NCBI RefSeq assembly: GCF_009914755.1
Contig: NC_060931.1
Reading direction: 5' to 3' (one strand)
Source of the DNA: the human T2T-CHM13v2.0 reference genome, Homo sapiens
Length of the DNA stretch: 64,000 bases
Under the pieces are notes generated by a model. The model saw only the letters and a list, made by a program, of their open reading frames with translations. It was not told the origin of the DNA and did no database searches. This document shows, in pieces, positions 26,411-40,230 of this stretch (within the stretch, counting starts at the first letter, position 1; each line of letters starts with the position of its first letter). The position numbers and the translations under genes were made by a program.

Positions 26411-28399
26411 ACATGTAATAACTGAAATTTAAGCCATGCATGAGATGGCCCGAGGAGAGAATAAAGGTTAGCAAGGTTGACTACTACCAAAACTTCAGGA
26501 GAAAAAGCCCACAGAGGAGAAAAAGGAGGGATCAGACAAGAGAGGGTGAAACTGGACAAGGAGAAATCAACAGAAGAGAGGCACAGACAAAATAAGTGTA
26601 TGTTTCTTAAAGGTCAGATGTTTTGAATCAGTAGTTCAATCAAGGATCATGACAAAATAAAATGTTGGTTTTGGCAACACTGTTGAATTTGGAAAGCCTC
26701 CAGGGTCGGGTGAGCAGGGATGAGGTGAAGCAATGAACAGTGAGTATGGGCAGCTCTTTTGAGAGGTGGCTATGAAGGACAAGAAGTCTGGAGCTGGAGG
26801 TGGGAGCGCTTTCAGGGGCCAGAAGGTCTCCTTTCCCCCCAGTATTGATAGACTTTTCTTATTTTCCCACATATATAACAATGACTAGGTATTTTTAACA
26901 TCAGAATACACAATTGTTTTCCAAAAGTTATAAACGATGATACTATACAAAGTATCTACTCCTATATTAAAGAGGTTTGCGAAATAAGAAAGAGGTAGAC
27001 AATAAATATGAAATACTTTGCAAATGCTGGCAGGACAATTTAGGAGTGGTAGGCACAGGGATAGAATAATAACACAACCTTTGCAATTATGCAGAATGAA
27101 ATTAAAACTTGGTTTCTATATGTAACAACTCAATAACTTTCTTCTCTCATTTAAAAAATAGGTATAATATTGAGTAGGAACCTCAAAAATACTCAGAAAC
27201 TACAGGATTTTATTTAATGTTTGCTCTGAATGGGAGACAACACAAAACATGAGTAGGGCCTCTCCTTGTGGACTCTCTAGAGGGATAGATCTAACCAAAG
27301 AGGCCTGAGTCCTAAGCCACGGTGCAGAGATTCAGTAAGGTCCCATGTCCCTTCTTGGGACCATCTGATGGACTTGGCTGTTAGCCCAGCCAACAGGGGG
27401 CCCATGGGGCCTCAGTCCTAAGGGGGGTGAATGCAAGACCTGGCAGTAAGGCTCTATGGGACTCCACCCTCAGAGGTCTGGCTGGCTCCAGTCTATTCAA
27501 AGTACTTAAGAGGGGCATTCGAGGACACGACCAGGCCATAGAAGTTTTTTCAACATGATTTCTAAACAAACACTTTAATTACTTGGGGGATAAGAGAGCT
27601 ATTGCCTTCAAACAGGAAGTGCTTGAATACTCCACATGATTCCAGAGCTCAGAATTAGGACCAATAAAAAATTATGTCCAACTACTGGAATAATCGGTAA
27701 ATAGGATGCACTGCATAGCAAAGACCTCAAGCCTCTGTCACATTAAAAGCCAAAGCAGAAACTGGAGGATGGCCAGGCAGAGAAGGTAGAGATCTGACCA
27801 AGTATCCCATAGACTAGTGAACTCTACTGCACTCTTTCCAGTTCTGAGATTGCACCTGCAAGTCCACAGGCTGCAAGTAAACACATGTCACACAAAAGGC
27901 AGGTGTGCATTCTGAAACTTGGAATCAGGAGAAAAATCTCTGTAGCAGGCAGTTGTAAATACTTAAATATTGGTCTACTTGCTCTTGATGACATTATGAA
28001 GTGAAATCAATATAATATGTGGGCGATCTGTTCATAGTTAGTGCAGTACACACTCCAGGGGTGGATAATAAGTCTCATTTAAATATGAGATCAGTGGCTT
28101 AGTCTGAGAGGAAATACCCCCACTGACTAACCTCAAAGACACAGAGAGTCATAATACCTATGCCTGCAGGGGGCTGCCATTGCCATTATCAAAAGCCAGC
28201 CCATACCTGCTGTTAATTTCTGAGAAGTGATGGCCAAAAGCATCCCACATCATTTCAATCTGGCCTGAAATGTTGCCTGGATAACTCTAAGTGCTTCTCA
28301 CCTGGTTGTCCTTTTCCTCTGCTCACTTTCGCAGAGGAAGCCAGATGACATCATTCCTCTGTGCACACCTTGCCATGACTTTATTTCCTGCAATAAAAG

Positions 28400-29060
28400 C
28401 TGAAGAACTCACCTGTCCATTGGGATCTGGCCCTAGTCATCCTTCTACCAAATCACCTGCTACCCCAGCCCTTGCTCCCTTCATCACAAGACCAAACTAG
28501 CCTTTGTTCCTCCCTCTTTGGGGTCTTTGAGTGCCTGTCTTCACTGCGAGCTGTCGTAATCTGCACATCCTCAGGGCCGATTCCCTGTCTTCACTGCGAG
28601 CCATCCTAATCCGCACATCCTCAGGGCTGAATCCCTGTCTTCACTGCTAGTCATCCTCATCTGCACGTCCTCAGGCCGAATCCCTGTCTTCACTGCCAGC
28701 CGTCCTCATCGGCACATCCTCAGGCCAAATCCCTGTCTTCACTGCCAGCCGTCCTCATCTGCACATCCTCAGGGCGGAATTCCTTTCCAGCTTGGCGCCT
28801 ATGCCCAGGAGGCCTCCTCACACTGAGGCACTGCCACCTGGCCCCTTGTCTATGGGTTTGCTTTGCCATATCAATCGTGCTCTTTTATCATTCTCTATTA
28901 CGAATGTAATTGTATTGAATATTTCCTACCTCTCTCCATTAGACTAAGAGCCTCATGAAGAGAGAGAGAGATCTCCGTCTGTTTTCTTCATGAATGTTTA
29001 CCAAGCTCCTAGAACAATGCCTGCACATGGGGAGCACTCAAAAAGTGTTCTAGAAATTAA
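28400..29060 (+). mobile_element. L2 3' end
   Basis: CCATTAGACTAAGAGCCTCATGAAG...CCTAGAACAATGCCTGCACATGGGGAGCACTCAA. Confidence 0.65.
28534..28783. repeat. Minisatellite, 5 copies of a 49-50-bp unit
   Basis: Unit CCTGTCTTCACTGC(C/G)AGCCGTCCTCATCTGCACATCCTCAGGGCCGAATC, directly abutting copies. Confidence 0.95.
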
Positions 29061-29259
29061 TATATTGATTAATAATTGGGAAAAATCCTGTTTGATGACC
29101 TACCATGTTCCTACCACAAGACAAGGAATTTTGTATATGATGAAAGATGATAATTACGTGGATAAAATTTAGTTTATGTACATAAGCCTCAATCAAAAAC
29201 AATAAAATGTGATGGAAGCTACACATTACAACTGTCTGTAAGTATGTCGAGTGTGTTTG

Positions 29260-29925
29260 CCTGCTCTGCACATGCAACATAAACATCTGGTAAAATTCTC
29301 CAACAAAACCACTGCGGCCCAAATGAGCTTTTTAGCACTTGGCAGTGGTGAAAACCCTGACTCTCCACTTGGCCTTCTCTGGCCCTGCCCGAGGCCACTG
29401 CAGCAATGCTCCCACATGGTCTCCACGGACACCATGAATGAAAGTGGCTCCATTGTGGCTAGAGGGGAGGAAGGCTCAGAACCCCGTTTGGCCTTCTCTT
29501 GACACCATCCTGGCAGGAGGATTAGGGTCCCTTGTTGCAGCCTGGCATGGGAGATATCTAGCCTCCCCACTCCTCTTCCACTATTGTGCCTAAGTGTGTA
29601 GTCACGGTTTAGTTGTAGTAGAGCGGTTATTATCTAAAGCGCTCTGTGTTGCTGGGCTGTCCCTTGCCTTCTTTAATACAAAGATGAGGCTTTGTTGGGG
29701 CTTTCCTGTCTGCACCCAGCAGTGTTACAACAACAACAAATAAAACAGAATTCACCACCAGCCATTTGTAGGGTGCTGAGGTCCCTAGCTTGCCTGTCTT
29801 CTTCTCTCCACCTCTCAGAGTCTTCTGTCCTAGGCTTTATATAAAATTTCAAGGGTTTAAAGTTGTTTTTAGTGGTAGGGTGAAAAGTACATTCGTGCCA
29901 TCCTCCTGTACACAGGAATTCCCAT
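29260..29925 (-). mobile_element. Old L1 (L1M4/L1MC-type) 5' region
   Basis: CTTCTCTCCACCTCTCAGAGTCTTC...GTTGTTTTTAGTGG...GCCATC motifs of old L1 5' ends. Confidence 0.5.
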
Positions 29926-30216
29926 TCTTCTTTGCTGGAAATATCTGAGAATATATTCTTGATATATTCTGGTAAGTAGAAACATTTTTAAAAGAAAATA
30001 CAAAACTACTAAAAATAAACTACTCATAAATTGAACAACTTGAAAGAATGTCTGCTTGTAAAAATATAGTTTTAGTAAAGTGAAAGGTAACCTACACAGT
30101 CAGAAAATGATTTTGTAGTATTTACTGACAATGATAACTCATAGCTGGTATGTAAAAAAGAACCACAACCAATCAGTAAGAAGAAGTTAACATATCCCAT
30201 AAGAAAATAGGCTAAT

Positions 30217-30515
30217 GGCCAGGCTCAGTGGCTTATGCCCATAAACCAAGCACTTTAGGAGGCTGAGGCAGGAGGATCCCTTGAGACCAGGAGCTTGAGA
30301 CCAGCCTGGGCAACATAGCAAGACCCCATTTCTATAAAAACTTAAAAAAATAGCTGAGCATCATGGCATATGTCTATGGTTGCAGCTACTCAAGAGGCTG
30401 TAGCCCAAGGAACACTGGAGCCCAGGAGTTTGAAGCTGCAATGAGCTATGATTGCATCACTGAATTCCAGGCTGGGTGACAGAATGAAACAGAAATAAGA
30501 ATAAAAAAGAAGAAA
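30217..30515 (+). mobile_element. AluJ
   Basis: J diagnostics (GGCAACATAGCAAGACCCC, GCTATGATTG); TSD AAGAAAATAGG(C/T)TAAT. Confidence 0.93.
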
Positions 30516-31151
30516 AAGAAAATAGGTTAATGACATAAACAGGCACTTTATGAAAAGGAAAGCCAAATAATTAATAAGCATATAAACATCACGATCTTCA
30601 TGGATGTACAAATAAAACGACAAATACCTCTACATCCTTTTCAGAGTGATAAATGTTTAAATGTTATACAATACCAAGTGATGGCAAAGATTTGGAGAAC
30701 CAGGTGCTCCCATAGACTGCTGCTGGGAGAAAAATTTGTTGAACCACTTCAAAAGCAGTGTGTTATTATTTATTAGATTAAAGACATCTGTACTCTATGC
30801 CTAGAGATTCAAATATTAAGTTTATTCTTTACAAAGACTGATTTTACCTATGGCAGGATACATGTGTGAAAAGACTCACAGAAACACTCTTCAGAGTTTC
30901 TCAAAATGGAAAAACAACACATAGTCATCAACAATAACACAGATAATTAAATTTTTATATATTTATGTGATACAATATTATATATCAATGAAAATGAATG
31001 AGCTACAACTATAAGTAAAAGCATGTATAAATCATACAAACACATCAAAAAAGAAAAAGAAGATCCAAAGGAATACATAGAGTATGATAATACTTATATC
31101 AAGCTTGAAAACAAGCAAATCTAAGCTATATTGTTCAGGGATATAGCCATA

Positions 31152-31869
31152 TGTGATGGTTAACTTTAGGTGTCAACTTGACTAGCTTAGGCGAGACCCA
31201 AGTAGCTGATAAACGAAGATTGCTGGGTGTGTCTGTAAGGTTGTTTCTGGAAGAGGCTGGCATTTGAATCAGTAGACTGAGTACGGAAGATCCATCCTCA
31301 ACAGTGTGGGCAGGCAGCATCCAATCAGCGGAGGGCCCAGACAGAAGAAAAAGGTGGGGGAAAAGGCAAAGTTTTTCTCTCTTCTGAAGCTGCCCTTCTT
31401 CTCTTATCCTTGTAGATGAGCATTCCAGGTTCTCTGGTCTTTGGACTCTGGGAGGAGCATCAGCAGACCCCAGGTTCTCCAACCTTCAACCTCAGTCTGA
31501 GAGTTACACCATTGGCTCCCTGGGTCTACAGCTTGAAAACGGCCTGTCATGGAACTTCCCGCCTCCGTAATCATGTGAACCAATTCTGTTAGTGATTTCC
31601 CTTCCATATCATCTATATCACCTGTCTTACCATCTACATCTTTAATCTATGTCTATGTTATCTAGATATCTATATCTACATCTATATCTGTATGTATATC
31701 TATATGTATCTATAGCTATCATCTATATATATCTACATTATCTGTATATATCTACATTATCTGTATCATCTACATGTATATCTATATCCATGTCTACATC
31801 TACATCTATAACTATATCTTTGTGGTTACCTCCCAATGCTTCTGTCTCTAGAGAACCCTGAAAAATACA
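31152..31869 (+). mobile_element. MLT2B-type (HERV-L) solo LTR with internal (TCTA)-like low-complexity tract
   Basis: TGTGATGGTTAACTTTAGGTGTCAACTTGACT...CTAGAGAACCCTGAAAAATACA; TSD CCATA/TCATA. Confidence 0.88.
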
Positions 31870-32397
31870 TCATATGCAGGTAGTAAAACTGTGAAGAAAA
31901 TAGAGGAAATATTTTCTGTGAAAGTAATAAGAATTACTATATTTGTACTGATGAATAAATTGAGATTGGAGAAGGAAACAAGAGTCTTCTCAGGAGCTTA
32001 AACTATTGTATTTTACCATGGGTGAGTGTTATACAGGTGACCATTTATAAATATTTGTTAAACTGTGTGTGTGTGTGTGTGTGTATAAATTCACTTTTGT
32101 CAATGTTTTATGTTTTACATAGACAAAAAAGTGAACTGAAGGAAGGAAAGACTAAAGACAATAACACAAATTAGGAAGCTGTAGTCACAACCCAATCATC
32201 AATAAAAATAATGCATGAGCCTGGAGACTTGGAGGTCAAGTATTTTAAATATACCTCTTTGCAGTTTTAGCAAAAATATCTTGATATTACAAGAAAACAA
32301 AATTTGCTGTATTTTTCTTTTTACTTTGATTTAGTGTGAATCACCATTATCTTTAACAACAGTCCCAGTTCAAATTAGTAAAGTCATTCCCATTTAC

Positions 32398-32630
32398 CTA
32401 AGCCTTTGGTAATTCTGTTTTTATAAATTGAGAGGAAACTTTTCTTCTAGATTAACTAAACTTAACTTCTCATCCACTGATCTAGGGCCTGGAAGCTGTT
32501 GCCCAGTGTGATCTTTACAAAACCTTCCAGTGAGACTGTGGATTAAAGTGGAGATCTTCTTTTAAAGAGATTTTTCTTTAACAGTGATGATTACCGTCAC
32601 ATCAATGTGACCCCAAATTTTAGTTATAAC
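32398..32630 (-). pseudogene. Pseudo-exon, C-terminal part of an RGS-like unit
   Basis: Donor AG|GTAAAT at 32397. Reads HIDVTVIITVKE...ALDQWMR[~20-nt insert]KEKFPLNL*KQNYQRL, matching the W+.KE+.P motif of RGS22-type domains (from memory). Confidence 0.55.
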
Positions 32631-33464
32631 TAAAGATCCCCAAACAACTTGGAGATAAAATATGTATCATATTAGTGACCAATTTATATCATACCATCTT
32701 ATTTCCAAAGGAAATAAGCACAGATATACTAAGTGATATTATGCTTTGAAATTTGCATAAATTATTTGCAGGTCATGTGAAAGAACTTTTCTCTTCTATT
32801 TAATTGTGAAGTAATATATGCCTACAGACAACAGTGCAGAACAAAAATCAAAAGCTTAAAGATTCACCAAGAAGCAAGCACTTCTGTAATCATGAATTAA
32901 CTTAAAAAATAGAATATTGATAGCACCACAAACCCCCCCCTGGAACCACTCCTAAGCCACCCACAAAGGCACCACTACCTGGCATCTTTGGTAACACTTT
33001 TCTTGCCCTCTTAATTGTTCTTCTTCATAAGGGATTGCATAAAGGTGTATTCCCTCCAGCAATTTATGACAATCAAATTCCTTTCCAACATATCAGATCG
33101 CCACTTTACATATTTCAAGCCATTCTGCAGGGTATATATATTGGCAACTCAATGTAGTATGATTTAACTTTTCTCTGATTACAGCTGAGATTGAGCACCT
33201 TGTCAAATAGTTATTGATCCCTGGGGTGTAGTTTCTTTGTGTTAATTTTCTATCCAAGTCTATGCCCCCTTTTTTTGTTCTATTGAGTATTTTGTCTTTC
33301 CCTGTTGATTTGTAGGACTTTTGTCTTGGTCCTTTGTCTCTTATATGAGTTACCATTATTTTCTTCCTGTCTGCATCTTTCCTTTTTGCTTCCTCTTAAT
33401 GTGCAGAAATTCTTAACATATCAATCTTTTCCTTTGCAGTTATAGATTTTGTGGTTTTCTTCTT

Positions 33465-33759
33465 CCTTTTTTTTTTTTTTGAGATGGAGTCTTGCTCTGT
33501 CACCAGTCTGGGGTGCAGTGGCGCCATCTTGGCTCACTACAACTTCTGCCTCCTGGGTTCAAGCAATTCTCCTGCCTCAGCCTCCTGAATAGTTGGGATT
33601 ACATGCACGTGCCACCATGCGCAGCTAATTTTTGTGTTTTTAGTAGAGACTGGTTTTCACCATGTTGGGCAGGATGGTCTCGATCTCCTGACCTTGTGAT
33701 ACACCCACCTTGGCCTCCCAAAGTGCTGGGATTACAGGCATGAGCCACCACGCCCAGCC
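33465..33759 (-). mobile_element. AluSc-like
   Basis: TGTCACCAG one-base deletion and GGATGGTCTCGATCTC; TSD GATTTTGTG. Confidence 0.92.
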
Positions 33760-34035
33760 GATTTTGTGTCTTTTTAAAAAGTCTTTCATGTCTGCAAATG
33801 ATGGGTGTATTTTCACATTATCTTTGAGATGCTTTATTGTTTTGCTTTCACCTTTAGATCTGCAGTCTCAGTGGAATTGTATGCATGGTATGAGATTGGA
33901 AACATATTTTCATTTCTTTCTTCTATATAGATTTACCGTTACATCAGCAACATTTATTTGAAATAACTTCCAAACCACTGATCTGCAAGGCCATCCTTGT
34001 CTTAAATCTAGCATCCATATATATGCATGAGTCTC

Positions 34036-34652
34036 TGTATTAGTTTTCTACTGTTGCCATAACAAGTGACCAAAATTCACTGGCTTAAAACAACACCCAC
34101 TTGTTATCTCATAGTCCAGTAGGTCAGAAGTCCAGGTACAGTGTGACTCAGCTGCTGTGTCTTCCTGAGTCTCAAGCTATTGAAATCAAGGTGTTGGCGC
34201 AGCAGTCTCTTCTGCAGTCTCTGTGGATGAATTCATTTTCAAGCTGACTCAGGCTGTAGGCCCACTCAGTTTCTTGCAGTTGTAGGATAGAGGTGCTTGT
34301 TGCTATGCTGATAGACAGCAGGGGCCCAGTCTTTGTTCTGGAATCTGCCTGATTCCTTCTCATGCTTTCCGTGTGGCCGTGATCCTGTAACAGCAGGTTG
34401 AGTCTCTCACTTCACATCTCTCTGACTTCACCTTCTGCCAAATCTCTCTGACTCCAGCTGGAGGAATTTATCTGCTTCTAAAGACGTATGTGATTAGATA
34501 AAGTCCAGCTAGATAGCCCAGGAAAATCTATTTTAAGATCTATAACTTTACTTACGTCTGTAAAGTTAATTTTGCCGTGAAAAGTAGTATATACACAGAT
34601 TTTAGATTTCAGGACCTGAATATTTTTGGGAGAGGGTTGTAAATGTCTGCCA
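34036..34652 (-). mobile_element. MLT1D/E-type MaLR solo LTR
   Basis: TGTATTAGTTTTCTACTGTTGCCATAACA...GGCTTAAAACAACAC...TAGGTCAGAAGTCCAG. Confidence 0.8.
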
Positions 34653-35856
34653 TGTTCATAATTGAGGACATATGCCTTCTAATACTATTGTTGTCAGATT
34701 TTCTTGTCACATTTATGCTAACCTTATAACACCTTCAATGTTTCTTTTTGACAGCTTCTTTTTATTGTTATTTCTTCTTTAAATGCTATCTATGCAGTTT
34801 TCAATGAGTTATAAACTTTAATTTATATGAAAAAATAATAATGTATGCAATTACCTTCATTAAGTTTTCAAGTATTTCTTATGTCACTTTGATGAAGTTT
34901 TATTATTTTAGAACTTTTTCAATTTTAACTAAATTTTCATGCTTATTTGCATGTATATTATCTTATCATTTAAACAGCTGAGGGATGTACACTGATGTTC
35001 TTTTGTTCTTTCTGAATGTTAGTATGTGTTTGCCAGTGGAGAATGCTCTTAATTTCTGAAAAGATATCTGTTTCACATTCATGGAGGACATTTTTTATGG
35101 ATATAGATATACTAAATTGACAGTTATTTTCTTTCAGCACTTTAAATTTCTTTTATCTTTATACTTGTAATATTTCTGTTAAAAAGGAAGTAGTCATTCT
35201 AATCACTACTCCTTTGAAGACAATTCTTTTTGTTTTTCACATCCTCTGCTTGCTGTTAGGACTTTCCTAATTCTCTTTGGTTATCAAAAGTTTTACTCTG
35301 ATGAATTGTGAATAATTTAAAATGTATATTGCTTGAATCTCCGGCTCTCTCCTCTCTTTCCAATTCCATGTTTGTTAACCTGCTTATTCTATGTTTCTTA
35401 CTTCCTCTTCAATTTTCCATTCTTTTTAATCCTTATAATTTTTTCTGAATATTTTTGTGATCTGTTTTCCAGTTTACTAATTCTTCTTCCAGCTTTGCTC
35501 CATCTGCTATAAACCTTTCCATTAAGTTCTTAATTTCATTTCATTTTCATACCTTCCAGTTATCTACCAAAACTCTAAAATTTTCCCTGTCTCTTTGTAA
35601 GTAGGAAGCATGCTCATACTAAAGCCTTTATTGACAATCCCTATACCCAGAGTCTCTTGCGGTTTTGTTTCATTTGGTGTTTCTGCAGGGTGTGTTGATG
35701 CTCCCCTTATACTTTACTACTTTTTATTTTTAGATGAGATTGTATTTGTAAAACAGGTTTTATATATGTCAAACTAGGATAAATTACATTTTCCTGCAAG
35801 CACTCGGTAACAATAACACTCAATATCAACCTAATCATATTTTAGCAACTGGAATA

Positions 35857-36400
35857 CAGTAGTTCCCCCTTATCCACAGGGAGTATGTCTTAAGACCCCC
35901 AGTAGATGTCTGCAACTGTAGAGAGTACAGAACTCAATATATACTTTAGTTTTTTCTATACATACATATCTATGACAAGGTGTGATTGAAAATTAGCATC
36001 GTAGCAGGTTAACAACAATAGCTAATAGAAGAATTATAAGAATATACTCTAATAAGACTTATGTGAATGTGGTCTCTCTCTCCCTCTCTTTCTCTCTAAA
36101 TATGTATTGTACTGTGCTCTCCCTTTTATTTTGGTGATGATATGAGATAACAAAATGCCTGTGTGATGTGAACAAGTGGGGTGAATGGTGCACGTACTGT
36201 GATGTGGTATTAAGCTACTATTGACCTTCATAGGATGGGTCAGAAGCAGGATAATCTGCTTAGGGAGATCCCAGATCATCAAGCTGTGATGATGTGGATG
36301 GCTGGATGTCAGGGACAGACGATGTCAATGAAGAACGGGCAGGTAGTGCACACAGCACAGACACACTGGACAAAGGATGATTCATGCGTAGGGCTGGACT
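35857..36400 (+). mobile_element. MER44-type (Tigger7-derived) DNA transposon
   Basis: TA|CAGTAGTTCCCCCTTATCCAC start; CACACTGGACAAAGGATGATTCA motif. Confidence 0.8.
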
Positions 36401-36559
36401 TACATACATATTTATATGCCACTGGACTAACATATTCTCCATTTAAAATCTATTTGTTTTGTTTGTTTGTATTGTTTTTAATCCAGACATGTAAATTTAC
36501 ATTTTTTTATCTGATCATTTGTCTGCCTCATTTATGAGGTTAGCATTAGTCTCATATCA

Positions 36560-37420
36560 AACATAGCCAATGACAGCACACAAAAAGAAAACTGCAGTAC
36601 ACCAGCCCTTATAAATATAGATGAAAAATCCTCAGTAAATACTAGCAAACCACATTTAGCAGCACATTAGAAGGATCATTCACCAGCCCCAAGTGGGATT
36701 TATCCCTTGGATTCAAAGATGATTCCACACACTTCAACCAATCAATGTGATATAGCACATTAACAAGATGAAAAAATACACAATCACTTCAATAGATAAA
36801 GGAAAAGCATCTGCAAAGCTTAGCATCTATTAATGAATAAAACTCTCAAAAAATAGGCATAGAAGGAAACTATCTCAACATAATAAAGGTCACATGTGAA
36901 AATCCCACCGCTATCATCATAATCAATGGAAAAAACTGAACAATACTGAAGTTTTTCTGCTAAGATATGGTAGTGAAAGATGCTTGTACACTGTTGGTGA
37001 AAAAATGTCAACTGGTACAGCCATTATGGAAAACAGTGTGGAGATTCCTTAAAAAACTAAAAATATAAATATTTTATGATCTAGAAATCTCACTTCTGGG
37101 TATATATCCTGAGGGAATGAAATGAGGATCTCAAAGAGATATCTTCACTCCAATCATTTCAGCATTATTCACAATAGCTAAATAAGGAAATAACAAATGT
37201 CCCTTGACAGATAGATTTTTTAAATGTGATGTGTATGTACACTGGAATATTATTTAGCCTTAGAAAAAGACACTTATAACATGGAAGAACCTTGAGGACA
37301 TTATGCTAAGTGAAATAACTCTATTAAGAAAACAGGAGCCAAGGAGCTGAATAGATGTTTCTATAAAGAAGACATACAGATGGCTCACAGGTATGGGAAA
37401 AGATGCTTGACTTCAGTAAT
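36560..37420 (+). mobile_element. L1MA/MB ORF2 and 3' fragments
   Basis: CAAGTGGGATTTATCCC...AATCAATGTGATA and CAGCCATTATGGAAAACAG motifs. Confidence 0.8.
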
Positions 37421-37669
37421 CACCACCCAAAACAAAATGACTTTATTTTTTTCCTTTGTTTTTACTTTGAAATAGAAGTAAACCTATCAGCTGATGAGAA
37501 GATCAAAGAGATGAGAAGATCAATAAGAAACAGAAGCATTAAGCCACCTCTGAAACTAATAAACTACCTAAAGTAGAACTGGAGGGTAATGGCTATTGGC
37601 AAGAACCAGGAACATGTGAGACCTTGGGAAGCGGAAGCTGGACCACACAGAACACCTATGTGGACTCAC

Positions 37670-40230
37670 TCATATGTGGAATATAGGATATTTGCATGTT
37701 CTTGTCAATGATGCCTTGAGCTGCTCCTTTGAAGTACTCACTACACTCAGAATTATACATTCAATGTATAGCACCTGCTCCACTGTGAACTTAATGAGGG
37801 CATGACTGTGTCTCATCCAGCACCCCATCCTAGGCACAGTGCATTATCTGCCAGGGAGTTAGCACTTCTCTCTTCACTTATATTAAATTTATGTTCAGTA
37901 AATCAATCAGTGATACATAATCTTACACGAGTTTAACGTCTGTAAACACTGCAATACAAATATGTGCTTACATATATTTTTAGGGAGGGCACCTTAAGTG
38001 TTTGGCCATAACAACTTCAGAGATTTTTCAGGTAGAACTTCTTCAATATTTAACAAAAAAATGCAAATAATTTAGATATGCTCTATATTATTTTATGAGA
38101 GAGTCAGATGTAGCCACAGGAGGAGAAACAAAATAGACTGAGGGAAAAAACAAAGTTTGTTATGCTCACAGGTCCTCGGAACAGCAGGAACAGCACCATG
38201 CAGTTCCTCACAGGGAAGGCACAGGTGTGGTCAGCAGCTGAAAGACAGGATGAGAAGGCTTAGGTCAGTGCTTCATTGGGTTTTCATGGGAAAGGGAAGG
38301 CAAGGAGGCTGAAGAGCTTAGAAATGGCTAGTCTGAGTAATTGTGGTGGGCTTTAGATTATAGAGGGGATTCATGATTGCCTGGTACCTGATCCTGGGAT
38401 GACTAAAGCAGAGGAATGTTGCTCCCTGGGGTGTAAGGGCCAGAGAGAGGAGGGAGGGCTGAGGATTGTTTAGTTTACATATCAAAGGTTTCCAGCTCCA
38501 AAAGAGTCAGTCTCTCCCCAGCCAGAAGGAGCTTTTTAAAGATGTCAAAACATCATAATCTACAGAGAAAATTCAAACCATTCACAACACAATATAGTAT
38601 CTGAATTATGACATTCTGTCCTCATGACCTCACTTTAAGAAAACTACCAAAATTCACACTCTTGAGATGGTACATCTCTGACGAAACTTTCTATCTGATT
38701 AGAGCAAAGCAAGTTTAACCAGAACCTGCAATGCCTTGGTCATTCTTGGCGATACAGATTTTATTTTTTATGTCAGCATCAATAACTTAACTGTGTTAGA
38801 AACCGTGATTGATTAAAGTGTGACTAATATGTAAAATATATTCTTAAATTAGACATTATTCCCATTTTCCATGAGAGAAATGTTATAAGAACAGAACAAT
38901 GAGATGAAAAGAGACAAATGTTAATGACATTGAAGGGCATCTCACTGGCTCCTGTTTCTGTTGCGCGTGGATCGCTACCTTTACAGATAAATTATCTTCT
39001 GAGAGTGATTATAGAAAGCAATTGTGACCTAAATAGGTAAATTTGAGTATCTGGAAGAACTTGGTTTTCTAAAGATTTAGGAAATTGACAAATGGAACTC
39101 ATCTGAATCTGAGGTTTGGAGAAGGATGAATCAGCAAGAAAGTTGAATGACTCCGAGAAGCATGGCTAGAGAAAGATCCAGGGATCAGTGGGGAATGCGA
39201 CCACAGAATAACCATTTGAACAGGCCCACACTGAGTAAGGTGATGCTTCAGGACTATGATTCACACGAACTGGGCATTACTTGTGCCTTGAGACTTCCTG
39301 TCCCTCTAATTCGCAAGACTGTGCAGTTAAGAGGGCTTTGAACACACAGTACTGCAGTCTCCTCTGAGGTGGGAAAAAGGCAAGATGCCTGAGCTCTTCC
39401 TCATATGGGAGGAGTTATTATTCTGCCTTTTGCTTTTCTTAGCTCTAATGTTCTTATTAAGCAATGTTTTTAATGAAAATAGTTAGAAAATAGAAAAAAA
39501 AACCTACAAAATAAATCAAGGGTACTATCACAGCAGGCCACAGATAATCATGTTAAATGTGTTCCTATTGAAAAAGTTTAACGATCAAACAAGTAAAATT
39601 AAAACCAGTGGTTTCCATATTTTCAGGTCACAAACAGGTCACAAGTTGCACAAAGGGCTCCCGTGGACACTCCTGATCCAGAACAGCAGAAGGCACCTTG
39701 GGCTGAGGGCACCTGCAAGGGAGGACTGTGTGTGTCTGCACCGGGATCTACACTGCACTGGCACTGCATAAGCCCCAGCACCTGAGAAACAACCATCCTT
39801 CAAAGAAAGGACAATTCCCCAAATGATGGAGCATAGATTTCCATCACACATGCAGCACAGGTGTTAAAACTGGATTCTAGAAAAATTCATTTTTACTTTT
39901 CACACACTTATATCTGTGGGTAGAGAAACCACTCACAACAAATGTTAAGATACTCTTTCTGTCTTACTACAGACATTTCCACCTGGTTCTTTCTCAATTC
40001 TAAAATTTTTAATTAGTGCATTTTGACATATGTCACTTTATCTTCATGTGGTAGGAAAATTATTTTCTTTTTGTTTTCTGACTTTGGCATTGCCTATGAC
40101 ATGTTTTTGAGACACTAAGTGGTATAGTAATCTTACCCCTAAACAATGTTAGGTGGAAAGGAAGGCTCATTTTAGAGTGAGCCATGTTGGAAGTGTTCCA
40201 CTTCATTACAATCTGTACCTTCAAGGGACT
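37670..40230 (-). pseudogene. Pseudo-exon cluster, RGS-like unit 7
   Basis: Exons 40137-40230 (VMKWNTSNMAHSKMSLPFHLTLFR, no stops), an acceptor at 39564, 38946-39028 (LRR*FICKGS), 38634-38790 (VIDADIKNKI...*TCFALIR*KVSSEM...FGSFLK, donor GTGAGG) and 37670-37726 (GTGAGT). Confidence 0.8.
38085..38590 (-). mobile_element. ERVL-class solo LTR (MER76-like)
   Basis: Minus strand starts TGT..TTTTCTCTGTAGATTATGATGTTTTGACATCTT..CTGGCTGGGGAGAGACTG. Confidence 0.55.

Larger units (their letters stand above)
29930..32130 (+). mobile_element. L1ME-type 3' region interrupted by AluJ and MLT2
   Basis: Degenerate ORF2 C-terminus and 3' UTR motifs on both sides of the insertions. Confidence 0.65.

Noticed and set aside
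28534-28783. Repeat array resembling CRISPR
   Set aside because: Units abut with no unique spacers and the context is primate DNA; it is a minisatellite.
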